This document shows, in pieces, positions 45,556-55,868 of a DNA stretch of 64,000 nt. The stretch covers positions 96,001 to 160,000 of IMG/VR virus record IMGVR_UViG_3300024493_000235. The stretch is one strand, 5' to 3'. Origin of the DNA: a virus. Taxonomy: Duplodnaviria; Caudoviricetes. The position numbers and the translations under genes were made by a program. The notes below the pieces were generated by a model. It searched no databases. It saw only the letters and a program-made list of their open reading frames with translations, and was not told the DNA's origin. The stretch's first letter is position 1; the number at the start of each line of letters is the position of its first letter.

Positions 45556-48500
45556 TATGTCTTCGAAGTGTGCATTGGAATATCCATATTCTTTTTGTTC
45601 ATAGATCCTCCTGTAATATTTTTTAATGTACTAGCAAATGCAGATTTTACAGGACTCCCTTTGCTGCCTCCTTGCGACCTATAATACTCTCTCATCGGAG
45701 CTTCTTCTGTAAACGTTTGAGTGTGGAATTCGAGTGTCTCGGAGAGAAGTTCTATGATGCGTATATTATCAGAATGAAGAACGTTAATCATCTTTTCAGA
45801 GTGTTCCATTAAACGCTTCAAATCCAAAGATTCTTCTATCTTGCTATTCTGATCTTTCATGTAGTTAACGGATGTCGGAGTATTGGCTTCGATTAATTTC
45901 GGATTATACGAATCCGCACCGTTTTGCATACCGGATTGAGCTGTTACGCTTTGTGGTATTGCAGGACGAGATATTTGCGAAGAAGGCATTTCGAAGTGAG
46001 GTCTATCTTTGAAATTTCCATCCCAATATCCACCCCACTCTATTCCATACTTCTTTGCAATAGATCCTAATTTGTCGTAATAGTCATTCGGTTTTCCATA
46101 ATCTTCAGCATCGAATGCGTATCCGCTAAAGTGTTTTGAACCGATGGTTTGCGTATTTGGTTGATTATAGCTCCACGCTTTATTTCCTAATCCCGCTTTT
46201 TGGAACATACGATCCATGAAGTTGGTATCTCTTGATCTTCCTTGAGCGAAATACGCAAGTTGTGTTAACGGAGATCGTCTTGCTTCTCTGATGCGCAGCC
46301 CACCAATTGCTTTAACGCCAGGATCATCTTGTAGGGCTTTCACCTTCTGTTTAAAGATAGGATTTAGCGTTTCAATGTCTTTGTTTTGGCCCATTGAAGT
46401 TGGGTCTTTAACTTTATCTGCTAATTTTTCATAAAATTGGGTATCTCCTGCGCGGAGTCTATCAGTAAGGTATGCATTTAGACCCTTTGTTGCGTTTGAC
46501 CAAAAATATCCTGAAGCTTGTTGAGAAGTTTGAATGTTTTCTAACTCGCTCGGATTAAATGTGCCTGTGTATGCTGCAGGGGTTCCTCCACCATCACCTG
46601 TCGTTGTTGAAGTATCTTCGTCTTGGCGGCCCAATATTGAGAATGCGTTACTGCGTATCGAATTGATAATGTCGGCGAAGGGATTCGCATCAGCCATTCG
46701 ATTTTGCATCTGTCTTAAACGTCGACTTTTTTTGTCTTTCGGATTATACGAATCCGCACCGTTTTGCATACCGGATTGAACACCGGGTACAGATTTATTC
46801 TTTACGCATTCTGTCACAAAATCACGTACAGTCATCGCTTTGTTACCGACAGTGCGATAAATATTGGATGAGCCTGGCCTTGTTTTTGGGTCTATGGGAT
46901 ATGCTTCAAATGCCGCTTTTGCTTGATCTTCGATTGACATAGCTTGTTTTGCAGCATCACCTACGTCTTTTCCCAAACCAACTGTGGCTTGAACTGCCCC
47001 GGCAACCGGATGTGCAGAAAGAGCGAGCTCTGCACCGGAAACATTTTTAGCATTATCCTGTATTGTTGAGTTATAACCTTCATTAAAATCGGTGTTTTCA
47101 GAATGCCACCAATTGGAAAGTTTGTTGAGTTTATCTTTACCCCAGTTCATTACATTACCCGGAATTGACGTTACAAAATCAGCAACCTTTCCTGGCAATT
47201 CGGTTACAAATGAAGTTATTTTATGCCAAAGACCGCTTATAAAATCACCGACTGCAGATATCGCATTTTTCACTCCATCTATAGCCGTATTAAATCCTGC
47301 GACTATTTTATCTTTAATTTTTTCTGCGGTATCTTTTACATCGGCCCACATGTCACCACTTGTAACGTAATCTTTTAAATTTCCAAGCTTACCTGTAATG
47401 GAATAAAACGAGTCAACTGCTTTTTCGGCGAATTTTTTTCGTGCTTCTTTAAAATCTGCCATCCGGTTTTTCATTTTAGCTAAACGTTTTCCCCACCACT
47501 TGGAAAGAGATACTTTCTCTTTTTTATCCAATTTGGCTTCATGCGCTTTTATATCTTCCAGTGACATATTTTCCGCACTCTCTGGGATATTAACTCCTGG
47601 AATCATTCCAGCGGCAATGTTTTGCATTTGTTTATCCACAGCGGAGGTACGAAGCATAGTTCCAAATCCTAACATCGCAAGATGCTTCTTTGCTTCCGGA
47701 GAGAAATCTTTTATTTTACCAGATATGATATCTTGTGCTTCAGGAAGGATAACAACGCTAAACATTGTATCGCCTTGAGCTGCTTTTCTTTCGATAACGG
47801 AGATATCGATATACCTTCCAACGTCATCGTAATTATGTTTACCCAATGCATCGCTATGGTATCCACCTATTACACCCGTCTTAGCCACTTCATCAAGCAT
47901 TTCTTTTGAGTTAGCTCCAGTCTCCGCAATTTTATTTGCGATGGCTCTTCTCATATTGGCTTGACCTTGAGACACCATATTCGTTTCGTATGTTTTCCTG
48001 TCTTCTTTAAAACGAGCATAGGTTTCAAGATCCATTCCAAGCAGTTTAGCTTCACGCTGTTCACGTCGTTTCTTTCCACCCGGAAGAGCATCAAAAAACC
48101 TGGTTCCAACTGTCCTGTTATCAACTTCTGCCAAAGCTTCAGGAGTAAACGTATCGTATCCCATAGACTTCATGCCTTCGGTATACGCATTGCGTTTTTG
48201 TTCCAGCTCTGACATTTTAGATCGTGCTTCTTTTCCACCGACAATTTCATATACAGTACGAGCTAACCATGCCGGAGGAATTAATCCGAAAACTAATCCT
48301 GAAAGAGCGCTTGCGATACCCGATGCTACTTTCATTCCTGTTGTCGGCTGCTCTCCTGGAGGCATCTTAAAAAAATTTCCGGTATTATTAAAGCCTACAA
48401 CGAAGTCCGCAACGGCGAATGCCACTAAAGCTATTCCACCAGTTGCAGCTCCAAGAACAGCACCTAGTGCTCCTTTTGCAGCGCCTTTTCCTGCATTCTT

Positions 48501-51500
48501 ACCGGCTTCTTTTACTACACCAGATACTATTCTCTTTGCAGCCTCATTTGAAATATATTTGGCTATTTTTGGATTTGACAATACTTTCCAGATAGTCTGT
48601 TCAAGTTTAACAAGCATTCCAGCAATCTTAGGCGCTTTTGTAGCAAGTTTACTTCCTTCTCCTGCAACCCTTGCAAGAGCTAAAGCCGCTTTACTTCCAC
48701 CTTGTGCAACACCCTTTGCAACCACTGGTATTTTTGTAGCAACTCCTGCAACGTTTTTAGCATCTTTCATCGCTTGTCCGCGTACAAGATAGCGGCCAGC
48801 TTTAAAGTTATCCATACTTTGTTGCTCTAAGCTTTTCTTTGTTCCATCGGCATTCAGTTCAGAGCTATCAAATGAATCGAGACCTGTAAGCTCTCCTATC
48901 GCTCCCATTGTGCCTCTTTCTTGTTTAGCTTGAGCCATTGCGGCTCTCTTTTGTTTGCCTTTATCCCATGCTTGTTTTAGCATCATAGCTGAAGCAACAG
49001 CTCCAAGAGTGACACCAGCTATTTTTCCGAATTTTCCAAGTTTGCTTACTTTCGTTGCAGCTTGTCCTAACTTTCCGCCTTTTGCAGCGAGCTGTGCAAG
49101 TTTTCCACCTTTAGCGGCAGTACTGGCAACGCGGGCAGCTTTTGTAGCTTTATTAATACTTGAAATTCTTTTAGACGAGCGAATAAATTCTTTAAAGAAC
49201 CCTTTACCAGATTTAGCACCCTTAACACCAGCGCTAACGTTTCTTCCCAGCTTCGAGTAACGAACTGCCGATTTTAATCCTTGAAAGAATCCTTTAAGTC
49301 CTCCGGATTTTGTTATAAACTTTCCACCGGGTCCACGAATACGAGTGCCTTTACCGAATAACGTTTTAAAGAGACCAGCTTTCTTTCCTCCGGCAGTTAC
49401 AAGAGCTGCCGTAGAACCAACTTCAATAGCTCTATCGATCCATTTGCCTTTTCCTTGTTTCTCTTCGAGATCGATTTCTTTCTTTTGAAGTTTCACAAGC
49501 TGTTTCATATCCTCTTTAATTTCTTCGAGCTGACCAGTTTGTGTTGTAGTCTCTGTAAGCATGGGCTCCGATGTTTTTGCAACAACGTTATTCGCTTTTT
49601 CAGCTATCTCACGTTGTTTATCCGCAATCGAATCTTCGAGACTTCCTTCTTCATAACCGGTTTTTATATCGATATGATCGTCAACTTTCTTTGCTTCTGC
49701 TTCGTCTGGTTTCGGGAATTTCTTTTCAAGGAAAGATACTTCCTGAACTTGTAATGGCTTATCTTGAGCAACTTTTCCGCCAAGCAATCCGGCAACTGCT
49801 GTTATTTGTGTACGTATTTCTTTTGTATCATCAGCCATCTCTTCTTGCTTTTTGTCTCTCTCAAGCTGTTGCTCTTTATGCGCTTTTTCCGCTTTTCGTA
49901 ACAAATCATCACGTTCGCGTTGTGCAAGTTCTCTAGTTGTTAAACCGGCTTTCAGTTGATCGTCTGATAATTTATATTTTTCAGCTTCGGCTCTGTATTT
50001 CTCATCGCCTGTCTCCTGATATAACTTATCAAACTTCTGGAACTTTTTATTGATTTTTTCGTTTGCTTTTTTGATCTTTCGTTTTTCTTTAAACTCTTTT
50101 GTTTCTTCGGCATATGACATACCTTTGACTTTTTCTTCCAAAGATTTTAATTCGTCCCGTTGTCCTTTGAATCCGAGAGAGTTTAATTTTTTATCAGTAA
50201 GACTGCTTGCATATTCGTCAAGCTTCGCGTTCTGTTCGTTATGGCGTTTCTTTTCAGAGTCTAAATTTGCTTCTAGCTCTCCTACTTTCTCATCGTATTC
50301 TTCTATGGAGAGTTTTCCTTGAGCTACAAGCTGTTGTAATTTTCGCTTTTCACGATTTACACCGAAATTGACAGTCCCGCCAATTATGCCTGTTGCAACT
50401 CCTGTAAGTTTACTCGCAAGGCCGAATGCTCCACCTAATAAACCGCCTTTCCCGGCTTTAATACCACTTCGCTTACTCAGCCAATCAAGTGCTCCAGATA
50501 GTTTTTCCTTAACGCCTTTTCCAACACGTCCGAGTGTATTCTTTACATCGCGAACTAACCATTTCATGCGGGTAGCCAGTGACTTTCCGATGAATTTAAA
50601 AGGAATGCCTATTTTTTCCATAAACTGATGCCGGAAATCTTCAAAAAATCTCATAGCTGGAGATGCTAATTTATATAACAAACCCCATCTCTTTCCGTCT
50701 TTCTTTCCGAGCATAAAATCTTGGACATTTTTAACAAGTTCCTTAGTCACCCAAAGAGCTCGTCTTACAACACCCATTTTAGCAGTTTTAGGATCTTCAT
50801 ATTGTCCGAATAATGCTATATTTAATTTTTCTCCAAGAAGACCAAATGTTGTTCGTAGCATTCCTAAGGGGCTTAATTTTCCCGACTTAAGTTCGTTAAT
50901 AGCTTTTTTTGCTCCTTCACTATTAACTCCGTATTTTTGAGCGCTATGGGCTAAACCTAATGCAACAGAATTTCCAACCAGTTGAGCGGACTCTTTCGCT
51001 TTTCCGGTTAATGTTTCTCCTGTTTCAGATAATTTTAATTTTACAAGAGTTTCAAGTTGTGTTCTTCCTTCTTTTGTTTTAGCAAGTTCAATTACAGATT
51101 TTGCATCTCCTGTCAATTTAACAGCTTGAACAAACACTGGAGATTTCTGAAATTCACTGACGGCATCTTTTGCCTGTTGTATCGGAAGTTTTGATTCTAA
51201 AACCGTTTTTACTGGAGTAAGCTTTGTTTGAGTATATTCTTTTACACGATCTTTTAAAACTTGTATACCGCCAGGCTGTAAAGCTGTTCTGTAGACTTCT
51301 TTAGCATCGCCCATAAGTTCAACAGCTTTAGCATATGTGACAGTAGTTTTAAATTTATCAAATTCTTCGTCAATCTTTTTTTGGATTGCGGCTTTCCCTT
51401 TTCCAAATGTAACACTTGCGGCATCCTTTGTCATACCAAAAGCTGCTTTTCCTGCGGCAATAAGACCTTTTTCTTTTCGTACATCGTTTAACGTTTTTAA

Positions 51501-54239
51501 AACGTTAGCACCTTTGTCTGTTGTTGCGCTGACGGCATCTTTTGCTTGTTGTACTTTTGCATTCTGTGCTATTTCCTTTACAGCTCCAGCTATATCGAAT
51601 CCTTGCTCCCCTATATGATTGTCTATAAGTTTGTCAACAGAACCAATTGTTCCGGATATAGAATCCTTGACACTTGCTAGAGCTTTACCAAAAGCGGTTT
51701 TCGATGCTTCTTCTTTTCGTTTTGCAAGCCATTTTCCAGGAGCTGAATTATCTATTTTTTCATTGACAGTTTTTCCGAGTGTTGCGCGGGTTCTTTCGAT
51801 CATTGTCATCTTATTGCGTTCGCGCGTATCACGATCGGTTTTAGCTCTGTCTACTTCGATTTGTTTTGAAAGATCCTCGACTTCTGCTTTAAGTTTTTTC
51901 TGCTCATCTTCAAGCCGAGTCTTTTCTTTCTCTTGAGCTGCTTTTACCTCTCTTATTCTTTTTAAGTGAGGAGGAATACCAACACCAAGTTGAGGATATA
52001 CTAAAATCCCTTGATATAAAAGATCGTAAATCTTCTCTAAAGGACTTCCAGACATTTCTCCCAATCCGGTGGAACCTTCACCTTGAACCGCGGCTGTCGC
52101 TTTTAACGCTGCAATCTTTTTATCGATTTCAACGTTTTCAAGTTGCATTTGTTTATATTTCTTTTCGCCACGAAGATCAAAAGCGCCTTGGTTTCCTGAT
52201 ATTTTACTTAAATCGTGTTTTTTACTCGCAAGTTCTACGATGCTGTCTTCAACAATGTTAGCTCCCATTGTAGAACCTTGCCCGTATTCGATCATATTTA
52301 TTTCTTGACGTGTAAGTTCTGTTCGTCGTGATATTTTTCCACGTTCGATATTAAGATAGAAATTACTCTTACTCTCGTCGTCAATACCATCCCATGCGTT
52401 TAAAAATATCATAAACGAATTTGGATTTTTACATCCGCGAGAAAGCATGGCTATCTTTTTATCGTCGGTAATTATAGCGGCTGGATCAAAGAACGTTCCA
52501 GATACCATAATATTTTTAAATATGATATCAAGGTCTTTTTCAAAATCACGTTTACTTACACCGAATCTTGCTGATGCTGTTGCAAACTTAGAGTTATCTC
52601 GTGATGTTAAAGAGCTTCGAGTTTCCCACATGCTTCCAGTTCCGGCAACATCGATTTGACTTTGAAGTCTATTTCGCATATCACTTGCTGTTGTAAATTG
52701 TCCTGTAGTATGATCAAAAACTTTCTTTTCTTGACCGGATATTGCAGAATGAATATCAGCTAATAAACCTGGAATTACTTCAACTATCGATTTGCGAGTT
52801 ACCATATCAAACGGTACTCTTCGATTTGTTGTAGAAACGTTTACCGTCGATTTAGTTCCTGTATCGATATTTAAAAGCTCCGCAATTCCCTGTAAAAAAG
52901 GATTATCAGAACTTTTCATTTTGTAATTAGCCTTTACCATAGCGGCAGGAATTTTAACAGACAACTTATCACTCATTCCACGAAGTTGTTTCTTAAACGG
53001 TGCAGTTGCGACTTGTCCTAAAATCTTTCCAAGTCCGTGAGCAAAGCCTTTTCCACTTCCGCCCATAAGCATCATAGGAAGCATATCTTTTAAACCAGTT
53101 ATTGCATCTAGTCCATACATACTTCCCATTTCTTTTACTTGTTTTGTAGCATGCCCATAAAGACCGCCTAAATCAAATCCACCAGAACTTGTAATAAATT
53201 CGGAAACATTTTTCTTTGCGAATTTGCTCCTAGCTCCAGAAAGAAGCTGCGCAATGGGGGATACAGACTTGCTTCCATCTCCACGGGTGAGATCAATCAT
53301 ATCTGTCAATTGCGCTGTTGCTTTTGCAAAATAATCGGAATAAGTTTTCAAATGTGGCCCTAACATTTCGGCATCAAACTTCGCAACTATTGTTGTAGCA
53401 TGTGAAATTTGTTCAAGAGCATGCATCATTTGCATATGACGTTTTGTATCCAAAACAAGTTGTCTTTTCCATAACTTATTTTGATTTGCGATTTGCTTTG
53501 CACCAGTTACAATTACGGCTTCAAGAAGAGCTTGATTTGCTATAGCATTTTCTTTTCCGCCGCCAGTTACAATTACGGCTTGTTTCTTTATGATCTTTTT
53601 ATCGCCACCTGTTCCGCTTGGAGATGTGGCAATAGGACCCCTATATCCGCCTATACTTCCTTCACGACCGATACCGAACATTTCATCGCGTTCTCTTATA
53701 AGAGAATCTTCACTACGATCAGAAGTAGTCCCCCTTACTTCGGCTTGCTCTCTTGCAGCGGGGCCTGCCGAACTGCTTTCGATATCGTCTTCGCCAAACA
53801 TTTTGTCAAAGTCCATACTTTCCGCAAGTTCAGGATCCAGTTTATATGCTAAATTTTTCTTTGTTTGGTTTACGCCTTTTTCAGCAGCATGTATTTTATC
53901 AGCTAAAGTTTTTTGTCCTTTGATATCTTTTAATACATCTTTAACATCATCGGAAACACCTTTTATATAGCCTCCGACTCTGTTCATATTCTGTTTTATG
54001 GATTGAGCTTGTTCTCGCATTTGCTGCGCCATTTCCACCGCAGATTCTTCAGTTTCTGCAACAGGCGGCATATAATTTTTTATAGAGGTATGAACACCTA
54101 TTCCAAAACCAGAAGCTAAATCTCTAAAGAAAGTTTTCTTTTGTTGTCCTTTTCCGGAAGATCCACCAGAGGCGTCAAAATCGCCAAACGGATCTTCTGC
54201 ATCAAAATCAAAGCCTAACCCATCATTATTTTTTGCCAT
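45555..54239 (-). CDS. Tape measure protein with C-terminal M15-family (L-Ala-D-Glu/D,D-peptidase-like) domain
   Basis: 2894 aa, helical and Ala/Gly/Lys-rich. C-terminal RRSPLTQ..YFAQGR..SKHFSGYAFD..IEWGGYW..DRPHFE gives the SxHxxGxAxD and DxxH zinc motifs. Confidence 0.85.
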   Translation of the reverse strand: MAKNNDGLGFDFDAEDPFGDFDASGGSSGKGQQKKTFFRDLASGFGIGVHTSIKNYMPPVAETEESAVEMAQQMREQAQSIKQNMNRVGGYIKGVSDDVKDVLKDIKGQKTLADKIHAAEKGVNQTKKNLAYKLDPELAESMDFDKMFGEDDIESSSAGPAAREQAEVRGTTSDRSEDSLIRERDEMFGIGREGSIGGYRGPIATSPSGTGGDKKIIKKQAVIVTGGGKENAIANQALLEAVIVTGAKQIANQNKLWKRQLVLDTKRHMQMMHALEQISHATTIVAKFDAEMLGPHLKTYSDYFAKATAQLTDMIDLTRGDGSKSVSPIAQLLSGARSKFAKKNVSEFITSSGGFDLGGLYGHATKQVKEMGSMYGLDAITGLKDMLPMMLMGGSGKGFAHGLGKILGQVATAPFKKQLRGMSDKLSVKIPAAMVKANYKMKSSDNPFLQGIAELLNIDTGTKSTVNVSTTNRRVPFDMVTRKSIVEVIPGLLADIHSAISGQEKKVFDHTTGQFTTASDMRNRLQSQIDVAGTGSMWETRSSLTSRDNSKFATASARFGVSKRDFEKDLDIIFKNIMVSGTFFDPAAIITDDKKIAMLSRGCKNPNSFMIFLNAWDGIDDESKSNFYLNIERGKISRRTELTRQEINMIEYGQGSTMGANIVEDSIVELASKKHDLSKISGNQGAFDLRGEKKYKQMQLENVEIDKKIAALKATAAVQGEGSTGLGEMSGSPLEKIYDLLYQGILVYPQLGVGIPPHLKRIREVKAAQEKEKTRLEDEQKKLKAEVEDLSKQIEVDRAKTDRDTRERNKMTMIERTRATLGKTVNEKIDNSAPGKWLAKRKEEASKTAFGKALASVKDSISGTIGSVDKLIDNHIGEQGFDIAGAVKEIAQNAKVQQAKDAVSATTDKGANVLKTLNDVRKEKGLIAAGKAAFGMTKDAASVTFGKGKAAIQKKIDEEFDKFKTTVTYAKAVELMGDAKEVYRTALQPGGIQVLKDRVKEYTQTKLTPVKTVLESKLPIQQAKDAVSEFQKSPVFVQAVKLTGDAKSVIELAKTKEGRTQLETLVKLKLSETGETLTGKAKESAQLVGNSVALGLAHSAQKYGVNSEGAKKAINELKSGKLSPLGMLRTTFGLLGEKLNIALFGQYEDPKTAKMGVVRRALWVTKELVKNVQDFMLGKKDGKRWGLLYKLASPAMRFFEDFRHQFMEKIGIPFKFIGKSLATRMKWLVRDVKNTLGRVGKGVKEKLSGALDWLSKRSGIKAGKGGLLGGAFGLASKLTGVATGIIGGTVNFGVNREKRKLQQLVAQGKLSIEEYDEKVGELEANLDSEKKRHNEQNAKLDEYASSLTDKKLNSLGFKGQRDELKSLEEKVKGMSYAEETKEFKEKRKIKKANEKINKKFQKFDKLYQETGDEKYRAEAEKYKLSDDQLKAGLTTRELAQRERDDLLRKAEKAHKEQQLERDKKQEEMADDTKEIRTQITAVAGLLGGKVAQDKPLQVQEVSFLEKKFPKPDEAEAKKVDDHIDIKTGYEEGSLEDSIADKQREIAEKANNVVAKTSEPMLTETTTQTGQLEEIKEDMKQLVKLQKKEIDLEEKQGKGKWIDRAIEVGSTAALVTAGGKKAGLFKTLFGKGTRIRGPGGKFITKSGGLKGFFQGLKSAVRYSKLGRNVSAGVKGAKSGKGFFKEFIRSSKRISSINKATKAARVASTAAKGGKLAQLAAKGGKLGQAATKVSKLGKFGKIAGVTLGAVASAMMLKQAWDKGKQKRAAMAQAKQERGTMGAIGELTGLDSFDSSELNADGTKKSLEQQSMDNFKAGRYLVRGQAMKDAKNVAGVATKIPVVAKGVAQGGSKAALALARVAGEGSKLATKAPKIAGMLVKLEQTIWKVLSNPKIAKYISNEAAKRIVSGVVKEAGKNAGKGAAKGALGAVLGAATGGIALVAFAVADFVVGFNNTGNFFKMPPGEQPTTGMKVASGIASALSGLVFGLIPPAWLARTVYEIVGGKEARSKMSELEQKRNAYTEGMKSMGYDTFTPEALAEVDNRTVGTRFFDALPGGKKRREQREAKLLGMDLETYARFKEDRKTYETNMVSQGQANMRRAIANKIAETGANSKEMLDEVAKTGVIGGYHSDALGKHNYDDVGRYIDISVIERKAAQGDTMFSVVILPEAQDIISGKIKDFSPEAKKHLAMLGFGTMLRTSAVDKQMQNIAAGMIPGVNIPESAENMSLEDIKAHEAKLDKKEKVSLSKWWGKRLAKMKNRMADFKEARKKFAEKAVDSFYSITGKLGNLKDYVTSGDMWADVKDTAEKIKDKIVAGFNTAIDGVKNAISAVGDFISGLWHKITSFVTELPGKVADFVTSIPGNVMNWGKDKLNKLSNWWHSENTDFNEGYNSTIQDNAKNVSGAELALSAHPVAGAVQATVGLGKDVGDAAKQAMSIEDQAKAAFEAYPIDPKTRPGSSNIYRTVGNKAMTVRDFVTECVKNKSVPGVQSGMQNGADSYNPKDKKSRRLRQMQNRMADANPFADIINSIRSNAFSILGRQDEDTSTTTGDGGGTPAAYTGTFNPSELENIQTSQQASGYFWSNATKGLNAYLTDRLRAGDTQFYEKLADKVKDPTSMGQNKDIETLNPIFKQKVKALQDDPGVKAIGGLRIREARRSPLTQLAYFAQGRSRDTNFMDRMFQKAGLGNKAWSYNQPNTQTIGSKHFSGYAFDAEDYGKPNDYYDKLGSIAKKYGIEWGGYWDGNFKDRPHFEMPSSQISRPAIPQSVTAQSGMQNGADSYNPKLIEANTPTSVNYMKDQNSKIEESLDLKRLMEHSEKMINVLHSDNIRIIELLSETLEFHTQTFTEEAPMREYYRSQGGSKGSPVKSAFASTLKNITGGSMNKKNMDIPMHTSKT
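45897..45939. repeat. 43-bp exact direct repeat, copy 1 (encodes QSGMQNGADSYNPK)
   Basis: tttcggattatacgaatccgcaccgttttgcataccggattga, identical to 46737..46779. Confidence 0.95.
46737..46779. repeat. 43-bp exact direct repeat, copy 2
   Basis: 840 bp from copy 1. The two copies flank the peptidase domain. Confidence 0.95.
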
Positions 54240-54307
54240 GGTGACACCTCCTTTATATAGAATTTTTTAAGGTAATTTTCATAATACCTTCCTTTAAGGA
54301 CTTAATT

Positions 54308-54319
54308 TAATACAATGTT
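54308..54319 (-). promoter_or_regulatory. Late promoter AACA-N6-TA
   Basis: AACA-TTGTAT-TA upstream of the tape measure gene. Confidence 0.8.
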
Positions 54320-54360
54320 TTCTAGCTAAAAATAGCCTATTTTTCTAAATAATTTTTAAG

Positions 54361-54370
54361 TATATATAAT
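54361..54370 (+). promoter_or_regulatory. Early/middle promoter motif TATATATAAT
   Basis: taagTATATATAAT before an AGGAGG RBS. Confidence 0.7.
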
Positions 54371-54388
54371 TTGTCAAGGAGGAAAAAC

Positions 54389-55069
54389 ATGAAAAAAGCT
54401 ATAGATATCGTAACTATGGTTATTGATAAAAGAACACAATTCGTCAATAAACAACGTGAGGCAGAAGAAAAATCCGCAGAATCGTATGTTAACGAATTTA
54501 AAAATTGGGACGCTACAGTATTCAAAACTCTCAATGAAATTGTCTATGGCATTATCAAAGGCAAAATGGAGAGAATCGCCAAAGCGTATAAAGGGGACGC
54601 ACGCACATATTTTATTAGCATTCTTAAAAATTGCGTAACCTTTTCGTTTGAAATATCAACAAAAGAAATCGAAGACGGATTTAGATTAAAAGAATTTTAT
54701 TTCCAACGTTGCATTACATGGAAACAGTTATTTAGACCACTTCCAAAAGACAGTGTAATGGATAAATCCATACTATCGGTATGTGACACAATCTGCAAAC
54801 TTCAAAATCCGGCTAACGAACTTAAGTGGTACACTCTTGGTATAACCCAAGAAGCTTTGACCAAACATTCCTTAGATCGATTAAACGACGGAGTAACAGA
54901 ATTCTTTACATCAAATGATGGTAGTAATTGTTCCGTAGAATTTGAATTATTACCAATTCGAGACGGCCTTCCTTCAGAGAACATGAAGGATTTCAAATTC
55001 GATTGTAAAGTACGAATGTATCTTAAAGAAGAATTGCCAACAAATGTACAGTTTATTTTCAATCCCTAA
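54389..55069 (+). CDS. Hypothetical protein
   Basis: AAGGAGG RBS supports ATG at 54389 (MKKAIDIV...). Confidence 0.7.
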   Translation: MKKAIDIVTMVIDKRTQFVNKQREAEEKSAESYVNEFKNWDATVFKTLNEIVYGIIKGKMERIAKAYKGDARTYFISILKNCVTFSFEISTKEIEDGFRLKEFYFQRCITWKQLFRPLPKDSVMDKSILSVCDTICKLQNPANELKWYTLGITQEALTKHSLDRLNDGVTEFFTSNDGSNCSVEFELLPIRDGLPSENMKDFKFDCKVRMYLKEELPTNVQFIFNP

Positions 55070-55096
55070 TTTCTTCGTTTTAGCCTTGTTTATAAA

Positions 55097-55106
55097 TATA
55101 CATAAT
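55097..55106 (+). promoter_or_regulatory. Early/middle promoter motif variant TATACATAAT
   Basis: Same position relative to the RBS as the other copies. Confidence 0.55.
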
Positions 55107-55124
55107 AACTAACAAGGAGATGAT

Positions 55125-55787
55125 ATGGGAAAACGAATAAAAGAAGTAACTCTTGAAGAAGAAAACAATATCGTTCATGGTATTGGTGACAAATTTAAGT
55201 TTTCTCGAAAAGCCTTTCGAGAAAAAGAATTCGACAAGACTATTGGTGATTTAGACAAACGCAATGTCGAAGTCATTGACAGGGACAAAAACACAGGAAA
55301 GATATTTCATTTCATATGGAATATTGGAAAAAGCAACGATAATATCGACGACACAAGAGAAGGAAAGGGAGGATTTTCATTTTATTTATCAAGATATGTA
55401 TATTACGATATATACAAAATGGAAGTACCCGACCTTGTAGAAGCACAATACCGACATGAACGTACTGCATATGTAGGACAAATATTTGATCCGGAAAGAC
55501 CGCACGCAAGAACAAAAACTCCGGTAGCCATAGTAATACAACTGAAGGAAGAAAAAAGGGATAGAATTCGAATCATTTCTTCATATATGAAAGATCTTGA
55601 TCATGGTATTACAGAGTTATATTATGATCGAGCATTAAAAATGGCGCGGAAAGGAGCTCAACAACAAAAAATAACCTTAGAAAAAACTGTTATCGAAGGC
55701 CCAGTCGATGATCCTCCGCCAGGAGAAGTACAAAAAGCAATCAATGAAATCATGGGTTATCCAGATGACGATTCCGAGATAACATGA
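55125..55787 (+). CDS. BrnT (DUF497/RelE-fold)-like protein with KEVTLEE leader, paralog 2
   Basis: FIWNIGKSNDN..GKGGFSF..HERTAYVG..VAIVIQ..DRIRIISS. Shares HGIGDKFKFS, RNVEVIDR and GQIFDP with 4937..5614. Confidence 0.65.
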   Translation: MGKRIKEVTLEEENNIVHGIGDKFKFSRKAFREKEFDKTIGDLDKRNVEVIDRDKNTGKIFHFIWNIGKSNDNIDDTREGKGGFSFYLSRYVYYDIYKMEVPDLVEAQYRHERTAYVGQIFDPERPHARTKTPVAIVIQLKEEKRDRIRIISSYMKDLDHGITELYYDRALKMARKGAQQQKITLEKTVIEGPVDDPPPGEVQKAINEIMGYPDDDSEIT

Positions 55788-55791
55788 AATC

Positions 55792-55816
55792 ATCCGGGGC
55801 CATTACGGCCCCGGAT
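55792..55816 (+). terminator. Intrinsic terminator hairpin
   Basis: atccggggcc-attac-ggccccggat followed by a T-rich tail. Confidence 0.8.
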
Positions 55817-55858
55817 ATTATTTATTTTTTTTGATCCTGTAATAATGACAATGTTAAG

Positions 55859-55868
55859 TATATATAAT
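55859..55868 (+). promoter_or_regulatory. Early/middle promoter motif TATATATAAT
   Basis: taagTATATATAAT ahead of a ~90-nt leader. Confidence 0.7.

Noticed and set aside
46534-53970. Many plus-strand ORFs of 70-206 aa inside the tape measure gene
   Set aside because: Antisense shadows caused by codon bias, with no expression signals.
55111-55122. AACA-N6-TG match before BrnT-like paralog 2
   Set aside because: It overlaps the RBS and would start transcription 3 nt before the ATG. The TATACATAAT motif upstream is a better fit, though a near-leaderless late start cannot be fully excluded.
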